Below are positions 56,279-64,000 of a stretch of DNA of 64,000 nt, one piece after another. Within the stretch, counting starts at the first letter, position 1, and every line of letters begins with the position of its first letter. Made by a program: the position numbers and the translations under genes. The stretch comes from the human T2T-CHM13v2.0 reference genome, Homo sapiens: assembly GCF_009914755.1 (NCBI RefSeq), contig NC_060926.1. One strand, 5' to 3'. The notes under the pieces were generated by a model. The model was not told the DNA's origin. It worked only from the letters and a program-made list of their open reading frames with translations, and did not search any database.

Positions 56279-56451
56279 TTTTTAGAGATGGGGGCTCACT
56301 GTATCATCCAGGCTGGAGCACAGTGGCTATTCACAGGTGCACACTACATATATCATAGTGCACTACAGTCTCAAACTCCCGGGCTGAAGCAATCCTCCTG
56401 CCTCAGCCTCCAGAGTAGCTGGGACCACAGGCACTCACCACTGCACTTGGC
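56279..56451 (-). mobile_element. FAM (fossil Alu monomer)
   Basis: 7SL-derived diagnostic cagtggctattcacagg (GCCTGTGAATAGCCACTG on the - strand) and atcatagtgcactacag. Confidence 0.8.
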
Positions 56452-58022
56452 TAAGGCCGAAATTTTTAATGTCTAAATTCTGCAACAGGTTGTTTGTATT
56501 GGTGTAATGTGAGAGACATTCTAAGATCTAACTCTGCCTCACCTATTAGATTCTGCCTCTGTTTGATGTGCCACTTTTTCAAGGTTATATTTGGAGCCCT
56601 GGTTTTAGGTCTTGGCAAGTCAAGAGAGATGTTAATTAAGGAACGAATGCTGGGAACATTTTCCAGAGCCAGGAAGTGAGAAGTAAGCTGGTCCGACAGA
56701 GCTACCAAAGGCTGGTGGAAGAAGAGCCTAGCACAACATGAAGTGCCAAGGGCCAAAAGTGTGGCAATGTGAGACATAATGAGAAAAGGGAGAAGGAAGA
56801 TTCTTAGTGTTTGCCAAGTACAGCTCCATTCTCCTTTCTAGGGAGGGTGTCGGGTGCCCTGGGTTCCCTGGGTGCTGGGATCAGCCCTACTAAGAAGCAG
56901 GTTGAGACAAAAGTCAACAAAGTTTACATGAACCTCACAGATGCTGGTTTTGATTTTTCCAAGCTCCATAATCATTACTCTTTGTGCATGAGTGTGTATG
57001 ACAGGAGGTGAAGGTGGCTATAAAAATGAGAGGCTTTGCTGATGGGATTCATTACTTTCAGTTCAACAAATATATTTCCCTTTGGGGAAGTATATCGAGT
57101 TAGGAGTTTGCATTTCAGGAATATTTAAGTAAACTCTAGATCTCATGGGATAATGTATTTACCCATTTTTCACATTAGCATGTATTACTCAGACACATAG
57201 ATAAATTTTGACGATGGAAAAGGTCAGGTCAGAAAAACAGGTGCAATAATATTTTGAGTGCATCCAGACTGGGCCCTGCCAGGTTTACATGAGAGCATTT
57301 CATGGGCACTAAGTGAGGTCTGGAAGACAAACTTTCCACTTCACAATCTCCCACAGCCCATCTCTGCCAGGAGCTATGCTGCCTTGGCCTGTCAGCTTTA
57401 TGGGTAGGTCAGTAGAAGGCTGAGGGCATCTACAGCACCCATAGTGGAAAATCACCCCAACTGTCCTTTCAAAGCTCAGGCAGTAACGGCATGGGGGTGG
57501 GAGATAGAGGACCTTCCATCCCTATGTGCTACCTGTGACATGTCTTCCCATGTGTGTCTTTTCAGGCATGTATCATGCATGTAGAAGATATAGTCCTTAG
57601 TTGAGATTTCCATAAGGAGGGTAGTGTGGCCAGTGAGTTGGTGACATTCCTGCAGGAGCACTTGGTAGTTGGCTGTGGCTCTCGAGAATGGCTGGACTTG
57701 CTTCCTTTTTCATGGTGCCCAGTTTTTATCATGCCAACCAGCAGGGGAGAGGGCAGCATTCTGTTGCTCAGAGCTGTAGTGCCTACCTTACCCAGGGGCA
57801 TGTGCTCTGAAACCAGTGCTGGTAGAGGCCCAGAAATCCTGGCTCTGGGGATCATGCCCTATCCAGATGGGCCTGGACTCCTAGTTGAATGGAAAGCTGC
57901 AGGAAGAAAAATTCCTGGATATCTGTTTAATGGACACAGCCTTAGAGAGTTCAAGACATGACATCTTCCCCCCACAATAACCTTATCTTTCTTGGCATCA
58001 GGCTATAATACACTTGAATAAC

Positions 58023-58234
58023 AATATTGTCCGAGCAAACCTTCTGTGATGATAGAAATGTTCTATATCTGTGCCATCTGGTGATGCAGTGGCTGCTAGC
58101 TTCATGTGGCTATTGAGCACATGAGATGTGGTTAGTGTGATTAAGGAATTGAATTTTTAATTCTATTTAATTTTATTTCATAAAAATTTACATAGCCATA
58201 TGTAGCTAGTGGTTACTATATTGTATAAATGCAC
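58023..58234 (+). mobile_element. MER3 hAT-Charlie MITE
   Basis: ttctgtgatgatagaaatgttctatatctg...catgtggctattgagcac...tagccatatgtagctagtggttac. Confidence 0.85.
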
Positions 58235-58280
58235 TTTGGAATAATTTTCTTACGGCTTGGAGATGACTTGTTAGAAAGAA

Positions 58281-58282
<2 letters not shown>

Positions 58283-58314
<32 letters not shown>

Positions 58315-58318
58315 CACA
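58283..58318. repeat. (CA)n microsatellite
   Basis: Direct reading. Confidence 0.95.
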
Positions 58319-58616
58319 CCATTTGTGTAGTTTCTATTTACCAACTCTACACATATCTGTCACTTTATTACCATATCCATTATCTCTCAACATCCTTGGA
58401 GGATGATGCTCTTGTTTTTCACATTTTATAGATGAGAAAGTCACAGAGAAGTTAATGTGTTTTGTCTAAGGTTACTTAGTAGGCAAACAGTGGAACCAGG
58501 GCTGCAGCCCAGTCCTGTTCCTAAATTCTGCAGGCTGTAGGTGGTGATTATGAATCTCTCAGGAAAGATTCCACCGCAGCCTGTCTCGTTAATCCACTGA
58601 CATTGTGACTAAGATA

Positions 58617-59160
58617 GTCTTAATGTGGCCCACCCAAAAAAAAAAAAAAAACAGAGCCTGAGGCGAGGGCTTGGTTCCTATCATTTGTTTTGGGAAGAGA
58701 CTCTGAGGAACAGAATTGAGGGTCTGGGAAGTGAAATAGGAAAGGAGACAAAGCCAACCCAAGGGTATGTTATTGAGGGCATTGCTGCAGGCAACCAGAG
58801 CTTGATTGGCCAGTTCTCCTAGCAGAACTGGGTAGCAGGCTCCTTAGAGGCATCCACCAGACACACTGAAGAGGGGAGTGTTTGTCCACCAGCCACTGCC
58901 CCCCATTGGTCTAAGAACCCTAATGGGGTGTTAGATCCCTCACAGTTCCAGGTTTGGACATATGCTAGTGTAGCTGACAGGGCTTCCACAGGCTCCCTCC
59001 ATGGTGATGCATAGCAGCCCTGGGCAGAAATCAAGAGCTACGGGGTGTAACTGAGGCAAGGTGCTGTCAGCTTATACCTGTGTGCAGCTGCACTGGGTGC
59101 TACAGCAAAAGCAGGAGCTAAAACATTGGGCTGAGAGCATGTGGGATAATGCATAAAAGA
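58617..59160 (-). mobile_element. LTR33-like (ERVL) LTR
   Basis: cagagcctgaggcgagggcttgg...aaagccaacccaagggtatgttattgag. Confidence 0.55.
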
Positions 59161-59574
59161 TGTCCACAGAAGGAAAGGAACTAAACAGTCGAGCTGGGGG
59201 AAAGTCAGAAATGAGAATTAGAATTTGCAGAGAATCCTCTGCAAATGGATTCTTCTATTAAAATTGAAAACAAATGGGCCTAACCTTTGACACTGTCAGT
59301 GAGATATGGTCTACTTGGTTGCTAGCACAGTGATATTGCTTTTACGCATCGCGCACGGTCCTGTTTTAATGAAAGGCTTGATTTCTCACATTGCCCCATC
59401 TCTTCCTGGTTGACTTCATTATTCCACCTAGATGGAGTGAGCTCAGGTAAAGCAAATGCATTTAAAATCAGATAGGGCAGAATAAAATTTTGAACTCAAA
59501 CAATAATTCAATGTATTCCGAAGCCACATGCAAAGTTCTAAAATAATTACAAGTATCTCATTCATTCATTTATG

Positions 59575-59800
59575 AGCCGCGCAGCATAGAGGTTAAGAGC
59601 ATTGGCTCTGAAGCCAGATCACTGGGTCCATATCCTTGCTCTACTACATTCTAGCAATGAACCTCTCTGGGCCTCAGTTCCTTCATCTGGAAATAGGAAT
59701 TATAGTTCCTGCCTTATAGCGTCATGGTGAGGATTAACTGAGCTAATATATGTAAAGAACTTGTAACAGTGTCTGGCACATAGAAAACACAACCTGGATG
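59575..59800 (+). mobile_element. MIR SINE
   Basis: gcagcatagaggttaagagc...aacctctctgggcctcagttccttcatctggaaataggaat...gtgaggattaactgag. Confidence 0.85.
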
Positions 59801-60279
59801 TTTGCTCATTTTTGTTCACTCATTAATTGGTAAGAATTAGTGTTTGATACATACAAAGCATTGCTCTCCTTGATCAGTGCACATGCCCAGATCTAATGAT
59901 GTCTCCATTGATTGCTCCATGCTTTTGAAATTCTGTATGGTCTACATTCTCAGGCCACCACCCTCTCCTTTTATCTTTTCTACTTTCACTTGATGAAGCC
60001 TTCTTCTTTTCCTTTTGTGGTTCCTCCCCTTTCTACAACGTTTACATGTTGGAGCACTTCACAGTTTACTCAGCCTTTGGGCATCTTCTCTTTCTTGTTG
60101 ACATATTCTTTCTAGATAATCTTGTCTGGTTCTGTGATTTTAAAAGATACCTATGTGCTGATAACTCCCAAATGTGTTTTTCTAGCCCTGACTTCTATCC
60201 TGAGCTCCAGTCTCATAAATTCAACTCCCTACTTGACATCTAATTTGGATATTTGTTAGGCATCTCAAACTTAACATAG

Positions 60280-61033
<754 letters not shown>

Positions 61034-61553
61034 TAACCATTGCAAACCATTGTTTGTGCCACCATAATCTCTTGCTCAGATTATGACAATAGCTTGTTCA
61101 TCAGAATTCAGTCTCCCCTGTAGTCTATTTTCCACACAGCAGCCAGAAAGACCCTAAGGTATAAATTGCATGAAATCATGCTTGTTCTGAAATTATCTAT
61201 TGTTGCCTAACAAATTATCCACAAAATTAGCTTAAAACAACAGGAGTTTATCATCTAACAATTGGCATTCAGGAGAGGCTTAGCTGGGAGGTGCTGGCTC
61301 AGGGTATCTCATGGGATTACAGTCAAGATGTTGGCTGGGGTTGCAGTCATCTGAAGGCTTGACTGGGGCTGAAGGATCTGCTTCCACGGTGGTACACTCC
61401 CATGGCTGTTAATAGGAGGCTTCAGTTCTTTGCCATATGGGCCTCTCAATGAGGCTACTTCAGTGTCATCCCAACATGGCATCTGGCTTCCCCCAGCCTG
61501 AGTGATTGGAGAGAAAACAAGGCAGTAGCCACCATGAATTTTATGATCTAACT

Positions 61554-62438
61554 CAGCTATTCCCAACCAGGGGGGATTTTCCTCCATACCCTGTGGCAGC
61601 ATATGACCTGGTTTAAAGAAATATTTTTGGTTATCACAACTGCAGGAAGGAGTACATACTCCCCTCTAACTGGTAGAGGCCAGAGATTCTGCTGAATATT
61701 CTATAATGTGGAAGACAGTGCAGTTTTGAGGCTCAGAAAATGATACCCCAAAGTGAAGGCTGCCAAAGCAGTCTCAGAGCAAAAGGTTTTCTCTGAGCTT
61801 CTCTTACCCCTCTGTTTCTGGCCTCTCATTCTCTGCCAAGGTTAGCCATAGAAATTAGAATCATTCTTTCCCAAGGCAGGTCATAGAAACCAGAAGCCCT
61901 TTTCCTCAAAGCCATCCATAGAAGCTAAAAATATACTCCATCTTTCCTCCCACATTTCTGTGTAAAAGCTGGCCACAAAGAAATGATCTGACCTACCTTG
62001 TTTGATTGTAGGTCATAGACCCCCATTCCAGAGACAGTCCTGCCCCATACCCAGAAGAAAGGAATGTTTCACAGGCAGGCCAAGAGTCTGGACAGACAGG
62101 CCTTGCTGCGTTTCCCCACTCAGTCTATTAGCATTATCTCATACTCTTTTTGTCCAATTATATTTCTATATGACTGTCCATAATTTGTTGAAACTAAGCA
62201 TAAAAATGAACAATTTCCTGTGTATTTGGGTCTTTATTCTGAAGGCTTCCATGTCATTTAAAACTATGATTAAATAAATTTATATACCTTTTCTCCTATT
62301 AATCTGCCTCTTCAGTGATTTTCAGTGAACCTTCATTGGGTGTGAAGGGGACATTTTTCCTTGGCCCCTACAACAGCCTTGCACAACAAATAATTATCTG
62401 GTCCAAAATGTCAATGGTGTTGTGGATGAGAAATTGTG
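61554..62438 (+). mobile_element. MER20 (hAT-Charlie) split by MER39
   Basis: cagctattcccaaccagggggatttt...tttttggttatcacaactg...ggtagaggccagagattctgctgaa | acaacaaataattatctggtccaaaatgtcaat; partial TSD atctaact/atctagac. Confidence 0.8.
61719..62372 (+). mobile_element. MER39 (ERV1) solo LTR
   Basis: TG...CA termini; gaggctcagaaaatgataccccaaa...gacagacaggccttgctg...ttggcccctaca; 4 bp TSD acag at 61715-61718 and 62373-62376. Confidence 0.85.
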
Positions 62439-64000
62439 ATCTAGACATCACATATGATCACTTCTTCCATATGCTGATGTTCCTGCAGACAAATTCTGAT
62501 CTGATGTGGAAAGGTGTAATACAAGGGTGTGAATACCAGGAGGCAGGATCATTGGCAGCCATCACTGGCTACCACCACTCTCCAGTGGTTTCATCTTGCA
62601 ATTGGAATAGAAAGCAAACTCCTTGCCATGGTCTTCAGGTCCTACCTGATTTAGCCTCAGCCTCCTCCTACCTCATGTCCCACCATGTTCCTCTTCTTCC
62701 ACTAGGCTCTAGCCATGCTGGCTTTATGTCTCCTGAACACACGAACTTGACCCTGTTTCAGGTCTTTGTCCCTATTTTGAATTATCTCCCCTGATCTTTG
62801 GGGGATACTTGTTTCTCATGGTCCAGGTCTAGCTAACATTACCTCCTCAGAGCTCTGCCCTCACCTTCAAAGCTAAAGTTGAGACACTTTCCTTAACTGA
62901 CACCAGTTACTCTCTATCCCATAGTCTTATTTTATTGTTTATACTTTTCACTATGTGAAGTTACTTATGGATGTGTTTACACATATCTTCCCAGTAGAAT
63001 GAAAACTTCATGAGGGCATCTCTGAATTTCAGGTTCATCTCTGTATTTCCAGAGCCTAGGGTAGTGCTTAGAACACAGCAGATGATCAATAAATATTTGT
63101 TGAATGAATGAATGAGTGTGTTCTCATTTTTAAAGTGCTCCATATAAGCATCTGGTGGATTGTGTACATGAATTTCTTAAATATATGGGAAAAGGGAGAG
63201 ACAAGGTGTAAAGAAGTAACATCCTTTTGAAGTAAGCTTCTTTACAGCAATGTCAGAGGAGACTTCTGCATATGCTTTGAGTTGTTTATCCTGTTATCTC
63301 TGATAAACTTACTACTTCAAATCCCCTTCTTTTTCCTTCCTGTACCCATCCTCCCTTGTGGCCTTGGCATGTACTTGCAGGAAAGTTAAAAGGCATCATC
63401 TTTGAACATGGAATAGGACAAGGGAATTGATCACCTGACCTGGCCTCATTAATCTAGTACTACAGCCTTTGTCACTAACTCACCAAGGAGTCCCTGAAAT
63501 CAAGTCCAGCTACATTAACCACGTTAGGATTTTTTGACTAAAGAGCTATTTTTACACAGTAGCAGAATGTACTGCAAACAAAGAATCAATCTTTTATTGG
63601 AATAATTAAAAGCCAGGCTCACTGCATCATACTGCAATGTTAGTAGAGTCAAATCTGCAGAGTTCTGCCCGTCCCTTGGGTGTTCTGAATTTATAGACAC
63701 TCTTTATCCTGAGTTTACTTTGGGACTTGGCTGTCTCTGGAGCAGTGATTCATGTAACTCCAGTATAAGAATCACCTTTAGACAGATCCTAGCTGAATTC
63801 CAAAGCCCCCAAATCTTTACACAATCTGACAGTCCCTGACACCTCCAAGAAGAGGAAGATGTCTGCTCAGAATAAGTTGTCTCTTATGACAGGAGTTGCT
63901 AAGCACAGTAAAGAAAGAAACAATCCCCTCAGTGAACGGGGGTAGGTTGCTTTCTGGGCAGAGACTGTTGGTCAACCTTGTCTCACATTATTCCAGTTAG

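Larger units (their letters stand above)
61185..62576 (-). mobile_element. MLT1F-like MaLR LTR interrupted by MER20/MER39
   Basis: gcagtcatctgaaggcttgactggggctgaaggatctgcttcca ... acaagggtgtgaataccaggaggcaggatcattgg...ggctaccac. Confidence 0.75.

Noticed and set aside
56279-56451. 7SL RNA gene or pseudogene
   Set aside because: Lacks the S domain; length and diagnostics fit a FAM SINE.
61719-62372. The PRL decidual promoter locus itself
   Set aside because: The MER39 sequence here differs from PRL exon 1a as I recall it, and no PRL exons are in the window.

Overview
Primate (human or great-ape-like) AT-rich non-genic or intronic DNA, dominated by transposable elements. I find no cellular protein-coding gene, RNA gene or CpG island; the ORF-track entries are L1/L2/Alu/LTR-derived or too short to be credible. 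Main elements: a full-length, ORF1/ORF2-disrupted L1PA4-like LINE-1 (22113-28350, +) that keeps an open antisense ORF0 and appears to carry a ~100 bp 3' transduction; a young L1PA2-like insertion with a twin-priming 5' inversion (31688-32387); a full-length Tigger1 (12804-15618, -) with a near-perfect 60 bp tandem duplication; an internally deleted L1PA15/16-like element with a nested L1PA13-like fragment; about 12 Alu-family SINEs (including an AluYd-type copy, a left/right-arm chimeric monomer and a FAM); several MaLR/ERV LTRs, MITEs, MIRs and L2s; and a four-level nest L2>MLT1F>MER20>MER39. A few repeat-free, motif-dense blocks may be enhancers. Subfamily names come from recalled consensus sequences, not a RepeatMasker run. 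I see no convincing evidence for a previously undescribed biological system; the best leads are retrotransposition-mechanism signatures and candidate regulatory elements.
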